The notes under the pieces: model-generated | Databases searched by the model: none | What the model was told of the DNA's origin: nothing | Seen by the model: only the letters and a program-made list of their open reading frames with translations | Part shown: positions 47,880 to 56,730 of the stretch, in pieces | Layout: each line of letters begins with the position of its first letter | How positions within the stretch are numbered: position 1 is the stretch's first letter | Assembly (NCBI GenBank): GCA_029259155.1 | Contig: JAPDJI010000014.1 | Span: 30,280 to 94,279 of the forward strand | From: Candidatus Methanomethylicia archaeon | GTDB taxonomy: Archaea > Thermoproteota > Methanomethylicia > Nezhaarchaeales > B40-G2 | DNA length: 64,000 nucleotides | Direction: 5' to 3' | Position numbers and translations under genes: made by a program

Positions 47880-48178
47880 TGTATAGCTTTCCTCTAGCTT
47901 TTGCACCTGAAGGCACCTACGTCATCGTGGAGGACGTCAAGGCTGGTCATGGCATTCAGCGTAGGATGGCTGAGCTGGGCATAGTAAAGGGTTCGGTGTT
48001 GAGGGTGGTTAGAGCAGGGCCTGGACCTGTAATTATAGAGAGGGTTTCATCTATCTCTAAGGAAAGTTCGTGTCGTTGTTTCGTAGGGCCTCTCTCTAAT
48101 GGCTTTGGTCGATCTTGGAGGCTTTTGATTAGCCTTGGCATGGCCTTGAAGGTTTTAGTCAGGGTGAAGGAGGCTTGA
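47876..48178 (+). CDS. feoA: Second FeoA-family protein with an internal insertion
   Basis: RRMAELGI, GPVII, LGMALKVLV. Confidence 0.8.
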   Translation: MMYSFPLAFAPEGTYVIVEDVKAGHGIQRRMAELGIVKGSVLRVVRAGPGPVIIERVSSISKESSCRCFVGPLSNGFGRSWRLLISLGMALKVLVRVKEA

Positions 48179-50190
48179 AGGTCGCACTTGCAGGGAACCC
48201 TAACGTAGGGAAGTCCGTGATCTTCAACGAACTAACTGGTGGTAGGGCTTGGGTTGGTAATTGGCCTGGAGTAACGGTCGAGAAGAAGGTGGGCAAGACC
48301 CGCATCGACGGGTTAGACGTCGAAGTTGTAGACCTTCCAGGCATCTACAGCCTGACAGCCTATAGCGTCGATGAGCTCATAGCTAGAAACTTCATAGTTG
48401 AAGAGAAGCCTGACGTCGTAGTCAACATTGTCAATGCATGCAGCCTAGAACGCAACCTATACCTAACCTTATCCCTCATTGAGATGGGCGTAAGGGTTGT
48501 AGTAGCGTTAAATATGGTTGACATCGCCGAAAGTGAAGGCTATAGTATCGATTCTGCTAAGCTATCCGAACTCCTCGGGGTCCCCGTAATACCCACGGTG
48601 GCTATTAAGCGTCAAGGGCTGGCTGAGCTCAAAAAAACCTTGGTCGCTAAAGAGACACCGAAGAAGAGGAAGGTGGTGAGCTATGGTAGGGTTGAGGAAG
48701 CCATCGAGAAGCTTAGAGCTCTCATTGAGCAGGAATCTGACCTTAAACGACTATATGAGCCTCGCTGGGCTGCTATCAAGCTGTTTGAAGGAGACGCAAA
48801 CGTGGAGGAGAGGTTTAAACGGATTCCTTCAGGTGAGAGAATTGTCTCTTTAGCTAGAGAACTTAAAGCCGAGCTCGAGAAGGAGATGGGGGTGGACCTC
48901 GAAGGGTGGATTGTTGAACGTAGATATGAAGCGGCCTCACGGATAGCACAGGCTTGCATTGCTGCGGTTAGGCCAAGAGTTTTAACCATGACCGACGTCG
49001 TCGACATGGTGGTCACTCATAAGGTCTTAGGGATCCCCGTCGCCTTGGCAGTATTCTACATGATGTTCCAGTTTGCTTTCGCCGTCTCCGCTCCGCTCTC
49101 AGACTTAATAGATTGGTTTTTTGGGTGTGCACTTTACGAGGCGGTACTCAGTGTACCCATGCCTGAGGTACTTCAGTCCTTCCTAGCGGATGGTGTTGTG
49201 ACGGGGCTAGGCGCTATAATGGTCTTCCTTCCGCCCATAGCCTTCCTCTTCTTGGCGTTTTCAGCTTTAGAGGACGTAGGTTACATGGCACGGGCAGCCT
49301 TCGTTGTTGATAAAATCATGCATAAATTCAAGCTCACAGGGCGCTCAATTATTCCACTGATATTAGGCATAGGTTGCAACATCCCCGCCATCATGGCGGC
49401 TAGGCCCATTGAAGATGAAAACGACCGCAAGACCACTGCCTTGGTGGCGCCTTGCATTTCATGTAGCGCTCGCCTACCTGTCTACCTAGTCATAGCTGGG
49501 GCTTTATTCACTGGGTACGAGGGCTCTGCTGTGCTGAGCATGTATCTCATGGGCTTCATCTTCGCGCTGCTGCTAGGTTTACTGTTCAGGAAGTTGTTGT
49601 TTAAGGGCCCTTCAGCAGGCTTCGTCATGGAATTGCCCCCATATATGGCGCCCACCGTTAAGAACGTCGGCATTAAGACGTGGGAGCGGACGAAGAGGTT
49701 CCTCTACAAGGCTGGTGGCGTGATATTATTAGCCACGATACTAGTGTGGGTCCTCTGTGTAACAGGGCCTGGTGGCTGGCTAGGGCCAGCTGCCTTCGAA
49801 GACCCAGAGCTGATAGAGGCGAGCTGGGTAGGTGTCCTTGGATATTCTTTGAAGCCTATCTTCGCCCCGATGGGATGGGGCTGGAGGGAAACTGCGGCTT
49901 TATTCTTCGGCTTCGTGGCCAAGGAGGTAGTGGTGGGCGCCATGGCCATACTCTACGGAGTTGGTGAAGAGGGCTTGACAGGGATCTTGGCTGGATACTT
50001 CACACCAGTTTCCGGCTTCGCCTACATGGCCTTTGTCCTACTGTATGTACCGTGCCTGGTAACCGTGGCTACCCTCAAGAGTGAGCTCGGTTGGAGGTAC
50101 GCAGGCTTGGCTGTAATCTATGAATTAATGTTGGCCTATACTGTTGCTCTCGTGATTGTTGGCATAGGTGCGTTGATCGGGGTGGGCTAG
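48175..50190 (+). CDS. feoB: Ferrous iron transporter B
   Basis: GNPNVGKS, GNWPGVTVE, DLPG, NMVD, GCNIPA, AKEVVV, YVPC. Confidence 0.97.
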   Translation: MKVALAGNPNVGKSVIFNELTGGRAWVGNWPGVTVEKKVGKTRIDGLDVEVVDLPGIYSLTAYSVDELIARNFIVEEKPDVVVNIVNACSLERNLYLTLSLIEMGVRVVVALNMVDIAESEGYSIDSAKLSELLGVPVIPTVAIKRQGLAELKKTLVAKETPKKRKVVSYGRVEEAIEKLRALIEQESDLKRLYEPRWAAIKLFEGDANVEERFKRIPSGERIVSLARELKAELEKEMGVDLEGWIVERRYEAASRIAQACIAAVRPRVLTMTDVVDMVVTHKVLGIPVALAVFYMMFQFAFAVSAPLSDLIDWFFGCALYEAVLSVPMPEVLQSFLADGVVTGLGAIMVFLPPIAFLFLAFSALEDVGYMARAAFVVDKIMHKFKLTGRSIIPLILGIGCNIPAIMAARPIEDENDRKTTALVAPCISCSARLPVYLVIAGALFTGYEGSAVLSMYLMGFIFALLLGLLFRKLLFKGPSAGFVMELPPYMAPTVKNVGIKTWERTKRFLYKAGGVILLATILVWVLCVTGPGGWLGPAAFEDPELIEASWVGVLGYSLKPIFAPMGWGWRETAALFFGFVAKEVVVGAMAILYGVGEEGLTGILAGYFTPVSGFAYMAFVLLYVPCLVTVATLKSELGWRYAGLAVIYELMLAYTVALVIVGIGALIGVG

Positions 50191-50706
50191 GTGGTTGTTG
50201 AAGCACGCCAAGAAATTTTAAGGATAGCTTCCCTATTGGCGGGCTGTTCATACCTTTTCTTTACACTAGTCTTGTTGCATAACTGGTTCGTCTCTACCTT
50301 TCCACTAGGCCTCGTAGCCGTGGAGGAGATGGTTTGGTTACTGGTACCATGTGACTTAGGCCTTGGGCTAGCTTTACTCGCTGTTGCTCTTCTCTTCCTT
50401 TCCTCGGCCTACTGGGGCTTAGGCGAGGCTAAAGGTGTAGCATCTCTACTAATGGCATGTGTTGTAGGCTTAAGCCTACTTGTACTGCAGCTCCTCATCT
50501 GCATAGCCAATATAGCAGATGTGGGTGTACTTGTCGTCCTCATTGGCGAGGAGGCGGATTATTCCGTCGTTGAGGACCTGCTAAGGCCAGACGTTGTGCT
50601 TGGACTATTGCCGCTAGCGCTCTTCCCATCGTCTTGGAAGAGTTGTAAATTGTTGATTAAAGCATCGTCCGTGTCAGGCGTGGGCTCTCAAAAACGACTA
50701 ACATGA
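50191..50706 (+). CDS. Hypothetical membrane protein in the feo operon
   Basis: Four hydrophobic segments, abuts feoB stop. Confidence 0.65.
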   Translation: MVVEARQEILRIASLLAGCSYLFFTLVLLHNWFVSTFPLGLVAVEEMVWLLVPCDLGLGLALLAVALLFLSSAYWGLGEAKGVASLLMACVVGLSLLVLQLLICIANIADVGVLVVLIGEEADYSVVEDLLRPDVVLGLLPLALFPSSWKSCKLLIKASSVSGVGSQKRLT

Positions 50707-50825
50707 TGTATCTAGGCTCCATGGCTTGGCTTTACACCGCGCGATGGAATGTAGGCTGAAGGAATGTATGTACATTTAAAAACGGTAGCTTTATCTTGCG
50801 GGACAACAAGTTTCTCGTGAAGTTT

Positions 50826-50996
50826 ATGTCTAGCGGAGGATTTGGACGAGGAGCAGGTAGAGGTTTAGGAAGAAGGGTTGGCCCTCCAGGAGATTGTATC
50901 TGTCCACGCTGTGGCTATAGGACTGCGCATATGCCTGGCATGCCTTGTAGACAGCAGCTATGTCCTAGGTGCGGCACACCTATGATGAGGGCTTAA
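50826..50996 (+). CDS. Small Gly/Arg-rich protein with double CxxC (Zn-ribbon-like), a type found with DUF134/NifX loci
   Basis: GRGAGRGLGRR, CICPRCG..H.PG.PC...CPRCG. Confidence 0.75.
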   Translation: MSSGGFGRGAGRGLGRRVGPPGDCICPRCGYRTAHMPGMPCRQQLCPRCGTPMMRA

Positions 50997-51876
50997 TCCT
51001 TGCCTCTACCTTTGAAGCTAAGTCCATAAGGGCCTGGCGGGCAGGGGTATGTATAGACGACTTTATGAGGGGCTCGCCTCTGACGTAGGCTTTGAAAAGC
51101 TCTTCGTCGTAGGGCACCTCTACGGCAACCTCAATGCCCCTAACTCTACAGGCTTCCAGTATTTTTTCCCTAATTCCTCCAGGGATGTCTGCTCTATTGA
51201 GGACGACCCAGGCTTCTATGCCTAGCTGGCTCAATAGGTCTAGTATTAAGAAGAGATCATTAAGTCCGAGAGGGGTAGGCTCTGTAACCACGAGCGCTAA
51301 ATCGACTCCCCATAAAGCCTGGACAACGGCGTTATGTAGGCCTGGGGAAGTGTCTATGATCATTACGTCGTAGTCTCCTCTCTTAAGCTCCTCATCCACC
51401 TCTAGTTTAAGCTCCCTCGCTACAATAGGCGATCTGGCTTCCCCAGGGTTTAATTCACCTATCTTTAACCTGATAGGTCCTGCTTGAGCACTGTGGAGGA
51501 ATCCTATCGTCTTTGAGTCTTCTTTAATGGCTCCATAGCTACAGACTATCTGACAGGCCTTACAGCCTGAGCACAGTTCCTCGAAGAGTATCGGAGGAGC
51601 CCCTTCCATAAAGGCTAAGGCGTGTTCACGGCAAACCTTGGCGCAGCTTCCGCAGGGTTTACATAAGTCTCGATCTATCAAAGGCTTAAAGATCTTAACG
51701 GGCTTGCTTTCAGTAAGCTTAGCGTTGATGAGGATGGAGGTGCAAGGGCCATCCACATCACCATCAGCCAATAACACCTTAAAGCCCCAAGCGCTTAGCG
51801 CTGCCGCTAAGTTGACCGCTACAACGGTCTTACCTGTGCCTCCCTTACCACCGGTAACTGCCAGCCTAAACGTCAA
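50980..51876 (-). CDS. MinD-superfamily P-loop ATPase with inserted 2x4Fe-4S domain
   Basis: GGKGGTGKT, CKPCGSCAKVC, CSGCKACQIVC, VTEPTP. Confidence 0.9.
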   Translation of the reverse strand: MTFRLAVTGGKGGTGKTVVAVNLAAALSAWGFKVLLADGDVDGPCTSILINAKLTESKPVKIFKPLIDRDLCKPCGSCAKVCREHALAFMEGAPPILFEELCSGCKACQIVCSYGAIKEDSKTIGFLHSAQAGPIRLKIGELNPGEARSPIVARELKLEVDEELKRGDYDVMIIDTSPGLHNAVVQALWGVDLALVVTEPTPLGLNDLFLILDLLSQLGIEAWVVLNRADIPGGIREKILEACRVRGIEVAVEVPYDEELFKAYVRGEPLIKSSIHTPARQALMDLASKVEARIKPSS

Positions 51877-51888
51877 GCTTTTCTCACC

Positions 51889-52788
51889 TTAAAGCCCAAC
51901 TATCTCTTCTACGCGATCAGCTAAGCTTCTCAAGGCCACGCTTATCCTAGCTTTGGGATTAAGCTCTGGAGGTGTCTTCATGTTTGCCAGTGCCCTCACT
52001 GCTTCATAATCTACAGGCAGCTCTACTAATATAGGGACCTTTAGGTTAAAGAGCGCCCACTCCTCTAGCTTCCTAGCGTAGTCACTTGATAGCTCAGCTT
52101 TATTGAGCACAAGCCCGACAGGTACGTTAAAGTGGCGAGCTACCGCCACTAACCTCTCAAGGTTCCTCTTGGACGTAGGAGTAGGCTCGGCCACCGCTAT
52201 GACATAGCTAGCTCCTGACAGTGAAGCTATAACTGGGCAGCCTATGCCAGGTGCAGCATCAACAATGAGAAGCTCTGCTCCCTCCACTTTTGCTCTCTCT
52301 CTGGCCATCTCCTTAGCTGCAGATACCAGTTTCCCTGAGTTGTGTTCACCAGCCCTCAGCCTACCGGTAATGGTTACGAACCTGTGTCGCGTGCGTTGAG
52401 CCACCAACACGCCAGTTACGTATGGCTCTATGCGTATGGCTCCATTAGGACAAACTAAGCTACAGGCGCCGCAACCTTCACATAGAAAGTCGTATACCTT
52501 GGCTATGCCGTCCTCTACCCTGATGGCTCCATAAACACAGGCGGATTCACAGGCTCCACAGCCATTACATAGATTGTCGTTTACCCTAGCTTTCTCGGAG
52601 GCCTCTATTTTACGCTCTTCAAGTTTTTCTCCTCCTCCAAGCGCTAGTATGAGGTCGGGGGCGTCGACATCTGCGTCTACGGCGACTAGCTTTAACCTTT
52701 GGTGCAGGAGGTAGGCGAGGGAGGAAGCTACAGTGGTTTTCCCTGTACCCCCCTTACCACTAGCCACTACTAATTCCCTTAGCTCCAA
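51889..52788 (-). CDS. MinD-superfamily P-loop ATPase with inserted 2x4Fe-4S domain (paralog)
   Basis: SGKGGTGKT, CNGCGAC, CEGCGAC, PGIGCPVIAS, AEPTP. Confidence 0.9.
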   Translation of the reverse strand: MELRELVVASGKGGTGKTTVASSLAYLLHQRLKLVAVDADVDAPDLILALGGGEKLEERKIEASEKARVNDNLCNGCGACESACVYGAIRVEDGIAKVYDFLCEGCGACSLVCPNGAIRIEPYVTGVLVAQRTRHRFVTITGRLRAGEHNSGKLVSAAKEMARERAKVEGAELLIVDAAPGIGCPVIASLSGASYVIAVAEPTPTSKRNLERLVAVARHFNVPVGLVLNKAELSSDYARKLEEWALFNLKVPILVELPVDYEAVRALANMKTPPELNPKARISVALRSLADRVEEIVGL

Positions 52789-52793
52789 GACGT

Positions 52794-53630
52794 CTACCTT
52801 CCGAGCACATACCTATTGATAGCATCTCTAACCTTTATTCCTGGAGGCACGGTTATGGGCTGGATGCCGAACTGTGTCATAGCCTGATAAGCCCATGGGC
52901 CAAACCTACCTGCTATCGCTATCCTAACTCCCATGTTAGCTATTGCCTGGACAGACGCTATCCCAGCTCCGTGAGGAGCATACATAGCTTGGTTGGGCAA
53001 GGTCTCTATGCTCTTCACCTCTCCACCTTCGATTTCGATCACCGTAAAGACTGGACATCTACCGAACATCGGTGAAACCAGATCGTCAAGCCCTCCCTGA
53101 CCCTGCGACGCTACCGCTACTTTAACTCTACCTGACACTTCGAGAGGTCTCTGAGCTGGCATAGGTACTTGAGGAGGGGTTACTGGAGGGGTAGGCCATG
53201 GCCTCATAGGCCCTGGGAAGGGAGGTCTCCAAGCCGAGGTAAAACCTTGTTCTTCTAAGCCATATTCACCCGCGCAGGCTTCTTCAGCTGTCATTTCCTG
53301 AAGTTCGCCTCTCAAGATCTGGTTGATGGCCTCCTCGACCCTATCTGCAGTTACTCGGTAGACCTTGATTCCAGCTTGGTTTAGCCACTCCAGGGCTTTG
53401 ACTCCTAGTCCTTTAACTGCGACGGCGTCTACGTTTAGCGACGTTAAAGCTTCAGCAGGCCTACGGGGATAACCGTAATGCTGCCCCACACTGTCTACGA
53501 CCTCTACCTTCACTAGCTTAGCGCCTTCAACCTCCACTACCGTGATCACTTCTGCGCGTCCAAAGTGAGGACATACCTCTGCACTTAAACCGCCAGGGCT
53601 ATAACTTGGTACAGCTATCCTCATCCTCAA
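52794..53630 (-). CDS. Double NifB/NifX-domain protein with Pro-rich linker (IssA-like domains)
   Basis: CPHFGRA and SPMFGRC motifs, GAG/FGP, linker WRPPFPGPMRPWPTPP. Confidence 0.85.
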   Translation of the reverse strand: MRMRIAVPSYSPGGLSAEVCPHFGRAEVITVVEVEGAKLVKVEVVDSVGQHYGYPRRPAEALTSLNVDAVAVKGLGVKALEWLNQAGIKVYRVTADRVEEAINQILRGELQEMTAEEACAGEYGLEEQGFTSAWRPPFPGPMRPWPTPPVTPPQVPMPAQRPLEVSGRVKVAVASQGQGGLDDLVSPMFGRCPVFTVIEIEGGEVKSIETLPNQAMYAPHGAGIASVQAIANMGVRIAIAGRFGPWAYQAMTQFGIQPITVPPGIKVRDAINRYVLGR

Positions 53631-53715
53631 CCCTCCCTAAACACTTCTTTTCTCGCTGAATGATCTAATAAATAATGCGTAGGTCGCGAATGCATACATA
53701 CACACCTTTACTTAC

Positions 53716-53727
53716 GTGCATATGCAC
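53716..53727. promoter_or_regulatory. GTGCATATGCAC operator upstream of the NifX gene
   Basis: Perfect 12-bp palindrome just downstream of minus-strand CTTATAGC. Confidence 0.8.
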
Positions 53728-53755
53728 AGAAAGCTATAAGGATTACGCAAAAAAG

Positions 53756-54610
53756 CTAAGCCGAGTACGTGGAACCAGCTTTCAAAGGTATGCAGGAGTC
53801 GCCGAAGACTTTTCTAAGCTCCTCTAACCCTCTTTCGCCTGTACAGTGGCAGGGAGCTACCTTACTCACGTTCATCCTCTTAAGCTCCCTGGCGATGTCC
53901 TCAGCCTTCCTCCTAGGGACGTTGAATAGGTGTAGTCCTCCTATGAGGATAGCTATGGAGTTTGCTCCTGTAAGCCTCAAGGCTTCATCCACTAGGTTCA
54001 AGACACCGGCATGAGCACACCCAGTCATAATCATTATCCTCCCGTTAACATTTAAGATAAGGGCGCGGTCATCAGGTACCTCGTCCTTCACAATAACTCC
54101 ATCCTTGACGACGTAAAGCCCTTTAACGCTGGGCTCATCTATCCTCCTCTCTATCCTTCCAGTCAACGTTACTCCTCTAGCCAAGAGAGTAGGCTTAACT
54201 GTTAACACTAAGGTTCCTCCAGCTGCTTCTATTTGCCAAGGCTGGAAGGGGGTTCCTATGTAGGTTAAGGCAGGTTTATAGGCTAGCTTCGTACTGAAGG
54301 CTTCAGGATCTACAACTATAGGTATCCTTCTCCCAATAGTCTTGATCGCGTCTAGTAGTCCACCTGTGTGGTCGTAGTGGCCATGGCTCAGCGCGATTAC
54401 ATCAACTTTTCCCAGCTCTGTCTTCATTGCTAGGGCATTGTTTAATAAAGTGGTGTCAGGTCCGGTATCGAACAGTATCTTAACCTCTCCCTTCCTATAA
54501 AAGCAGTTAATTAACGCGGCGAAGCCGTGAACTGCGTGTAAACCGCTTTGTGCGTTATCATCAACTAACACTACTACCTCTACTTTAACAAGGTCTCCGT
54601 TCTCCGTCAA
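53756..54610 (-). CDS. MBL-fold hydrolase (COG1237 / MJ0301-like)
   Basis: LFDTG, SHGHYDHTGG, DD.AL, GCAHAG, GGLH, PCHCTG; TTG 54610. Confidence 0.85.
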   Translation of the reverse strand: MTENGDLVKVEVVVLVDDNAQSGLHAVHGFAALINCFYRKGEVKILFDTGPDTTLLNNALAMKTELGKVDVIALSHGHYDHTGGLLDAIKTIGRRIPIVVDPEAFSTKLAYKPALTYIGTPFQPWQIEAAGGTLVLTVKPTLLARGVTLTGRIERRIDEPSVKGLYVVKDGVIVKDEVPDDRALILNVNGRIMIMTGCAHAGVLNLVDEALRLTGANSIAILIGGLHLFNVPRRKAEDIARELKRMNVSKVAPCHCTGERGLEELRKVFGDSCIPLKAGSTYSA

Positions 54611-54620
54611 GCCTCTTCGC

Positions 54621-54950
54621 CTAAACAGCCTGTGGTGGAACTTCATGTGTAACTATTAAAGGTCTTTTCTCAGCCAACATCGTGGCCAGCTTCTTACGGG
54701 CATTCTCTAGGCAGCGCCATAAAGTCCCTCTAGATATATTCATCCTCTTGGCAGCCTCCTCCTGCGTTAACCCTTCATAGAACACAAGCCTATAGGCTTC
54801 GAACTCGTCAGGAGTCATGTAAATGGGTGGTGGAGGCCTTGAGGTGTCTTGCGGGAAAGGTATGAACTGGAAGATCTGAGGCTCAAAGCCTAGGGACCTA
54901 GGCTTCACAGGCCTTCCACGAAATCGGCCTCGCGGCCCCCACCGCCACAT
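54621..54950 (-). CDS. DUF134 family HTH protein
   Basis: GRP.KPR, DEFEAYRLV..EGLTQEEAAKRMNISRGT..R.L..AR.K. Confidence 0.9.
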   Translation of the reverse strand: MWRWGPRGRFRGRPVKPRSLGFEPQIFQFIPFPQDTSRPPPPIYMTPDEFEAYRLVFYEGLTQEEAAKRMNISRGTLWRCLENARKKLATMLAEKRPLIVTHEVPPQAV

Positions 54951-55017
54951 AGATTGTCCTCCTAGCTAAAAGGAAGCTGGATGAAAAATAAGTTTACGGC
55001 TATAAAAGAAGGGGGCT

Positions 55018-55326
55018 TTATGGGCCTCCTAGGCTTTTCTTGAGCTCGTTTATCCTAGCTTCTACGCTCTTGAGCTCCTCCTCTAACCATTTCTTATACT
55101 CTTCGAGAGCTTTAAGCTCCTCTTCAGGGCTGGGCGGAGCCCATGGAGGAGGCGTTGGATAGTAGTAGGGCGGCGGAGGCGGATAATACCACCATTGAGG
55201 GCCGTAGCCGGGCGGCGGTGATGGTGGTGGAGGAGAGCCCTGATCTGTTGGCGTTTGTTGACCAGTAGGTGAACTCTGCATCCACCAAGGACCCCATCTT
55301 CTACCTCTTTGCCAACCGTAGCTCAT
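55018..55326 (-). CDS. Pro/Trp/Tyr-rich small protein with C-terminal coiled coil (DUF5320-like)
   Basis: WYYPPPPPYYYP, EEELKALEEYKKWLEEELKSVEARINEL. Confidence 0.75.
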   Translation of the reverse strand: MSYGWQRGRRWGPWWMQSSPTGQQTPTDQGSPPPPSPPPGYGPQWWYYPPPPPYYYPTPPPWAPPSPEEELKALEEYKKWLEEELKSVEARINELKKSLGGP

Positions 55327-55338
55327 TCGCTATATCCC

Positions 55339-55563
55339 TCACCAATACCATACCGGTGGCCATAGATAAAGGTATGGCCACATCCACATCGTTAAGAGCC
55401 ATGGAGCGAACCCTGCGAAGGGCCACCAAGCCATGAAGGGGAACATGGGCGGCATGAAAGGCCATGAGTAGCCCCAAGGGACGCTGTAGTAATCTGTGCT
55501 ATACCTAGTAGGCTGATAGCTTTGAGAGGTGGTGCTCCAAGGATCATAACCATAGTAGGCGAT
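55339..55563 (-). CDS. Tyr/Trp/Pro-rich 74-aa protein, probable ATC start; not in ORF track
   Basis: SD GGTGA 6 nt before ATC; (M)AYYGYDPWSTTSQSYQPTRYSTDYYSVPWGYSWPFMPPMFPFMAWWPFAGFAPWLLTMWMWPYLYLWPPVWYW; fills the gap between neighbours exactly. Confidence 0.6.
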   Translation of the reverse strand: MAYYGYDPWSTTSQSYQPTRYSTDYYSVPWGYSWPFMPPMFPFMAWWPFAGFAPWLLTMWMWPYLYLWPPVWYW

Positions 55564-55569
55564 GATACC

Positions 55570-55749
55570 TCACCACCAGTAAGGCGCTAGGAACCAAGAC
55601 CTCCACATCCATGGGCCAAAGAGCCACCAGCAAGCTCCTCTACCAAATACCCAGCCGGGCCTCATCCATGGAGGCAGCCAGCTGAAGGGTCCTCTGCCTG
55701 GCCAGGGGCCCATCCAGCCCCATCCTCTACCCCAACCCCACCAAGCCAC
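55570..55749 (-). CDS. Trp/Gly/Pro-rich 59-aa protein; not in ORF track
   Basis: SD GGAGGTGA then GTG; MAWWGWGRGWGWMGPWPGRGPFSWLPPWMRPGWVFGRGACWWLFGPWMWRSWFLAPYWW. Confidence 0.78.
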   Translation of the reverse strand: MAWWGWGRGWGWMGPWPGRGPFSWLPPWMRPGWVFGRGACWWLFGPWMWRSWFLAPYWW

Positions 55750-55764
55750 TTAGACATCACCTCC

Positions 55765-55788
55765 TTTTCTGTGCATATGCACAGAAAA
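55765..55788. promoter_or_regulatory. Perfect 24-bp palindromic operator TTTTCTGTGCATATGCACAGAAAA
   Basis: Lies between minus-strand TTTATA (55795-55800) and the SD of the first operon gene. Confidence 0.9.
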
Positions 55789-55889
55789 CTCGGATATAAA
55801 CTTTATGCAAAAAAGATGGTTAACCTTTCTCCTCGAACAGGTCGAGGAGGCCATAGAAACTAATAATGAGTTAGAACACTTTTTCCTTA

Positions 55890-56468
55890 ATGGTCTCTAA
55901 CTGCATGGTTTTTAGGGCCTTAGTCCTCTTAGTTCTCTTAGCCTTCGGCGCAAACTTTGCTATGGAGTCTGAGCAAGTACCTGAAGCTCATGTAGGACAG
56001 GAACCACTTGAAACGTCTTCTTGAAGCTGAGTTCATACTCATCGGGGGGTACATGCAAGCATTAGTGAAAACGAGATAAGGTACATTAAGGATGGGGAGG
56101 GGGTTTACTAGGTATTTTCATGAGAAGTTTGTTCCACCTCTTGGGTATATTAAAGCAAACACTTTTGAGGACGCTAGGTTTCTCTGTTGGTGGGATTATG
56201 GACTATGATCATAGACTACGAGGAAAGAGGCTCCGTGCTTTATGCTCCTTCAGCTGAAACATTATGGACTGTGTTATGAGAAGTACAGGATCTCGCTCCT
56301 CACGGAGTGGTCTTAGATGTAGCTGTAGCGCTGACTACATGCAACGTTACAGAAACAGTCTGTATAGCTGAGAGGTACGGCGAGATAACCTTCTACGTGG
56401 AGTTTCCTGGTGAAGAAACATTATATTACGGTATTTTCGAGGTGATGGGAGGGCATAGCTACGCTTAA
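55890..56468 (+). pseudogene. Degraded gene for a secreted stand-alone AglB/STT3 C-terminal-like domain
   Basis: Signal-like MVFRALVLLVLLA; YIKANTFEDARFLCWWDYG (WWDYG 56188-56202); frameshift about 56203; internal stops; DVAVAL segment. Confidence 0.6.
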
Positions 56469-56730
56469 AATACAGTGAACACTCGCGTCCATTGTCCTTC
56501 TCAGACCAAGCCCTTACCTCCGTGGTTCGATCGCAAATGGAACCTAGACGCGAAGTACGCGAAAGGTTCCCTGATCTCCCACCATTGTAATGTATTCTTA
56601 ATATCATGGAGAAGCCCGTTAAATAATGTTTGTAAAAGAAGGGGGTTGACTATAGAGTTTATTATTAGGAGTCTCCTCTACTGCTTGAAAGCTCTATGAT
56701 AAAGGTCTTGGAAGTGTACCTTAATCAATG

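Noticed and set aside
50703-50776. ATGATGT...CTGA as a C/D sRNA, and AATGTATGTACATT as a sixth operator
   Set aside because: Guide spacing is wrong and there is no stem; the palindrome matches only 7/10 of the operator core
55561-55572. In-frame TGA between the 59-aa and 74-aa Trp-rich ORFs as selenocysteine or read-through
   Set aside because: No SECIS-like element seen; the TGA is part of a GGTGA SD at normal spacing, and the next junction has the same W-stop/SD design. Separate genes are more parsimonious, though read-through is not excluded.
56347-56699. Tracked ORFs 56347-56607 (-) and 56475-56699 (+)
   Set aside because: No SD or motifs, atypical composition, and they overlap or adjoin the decayed WWDYG region
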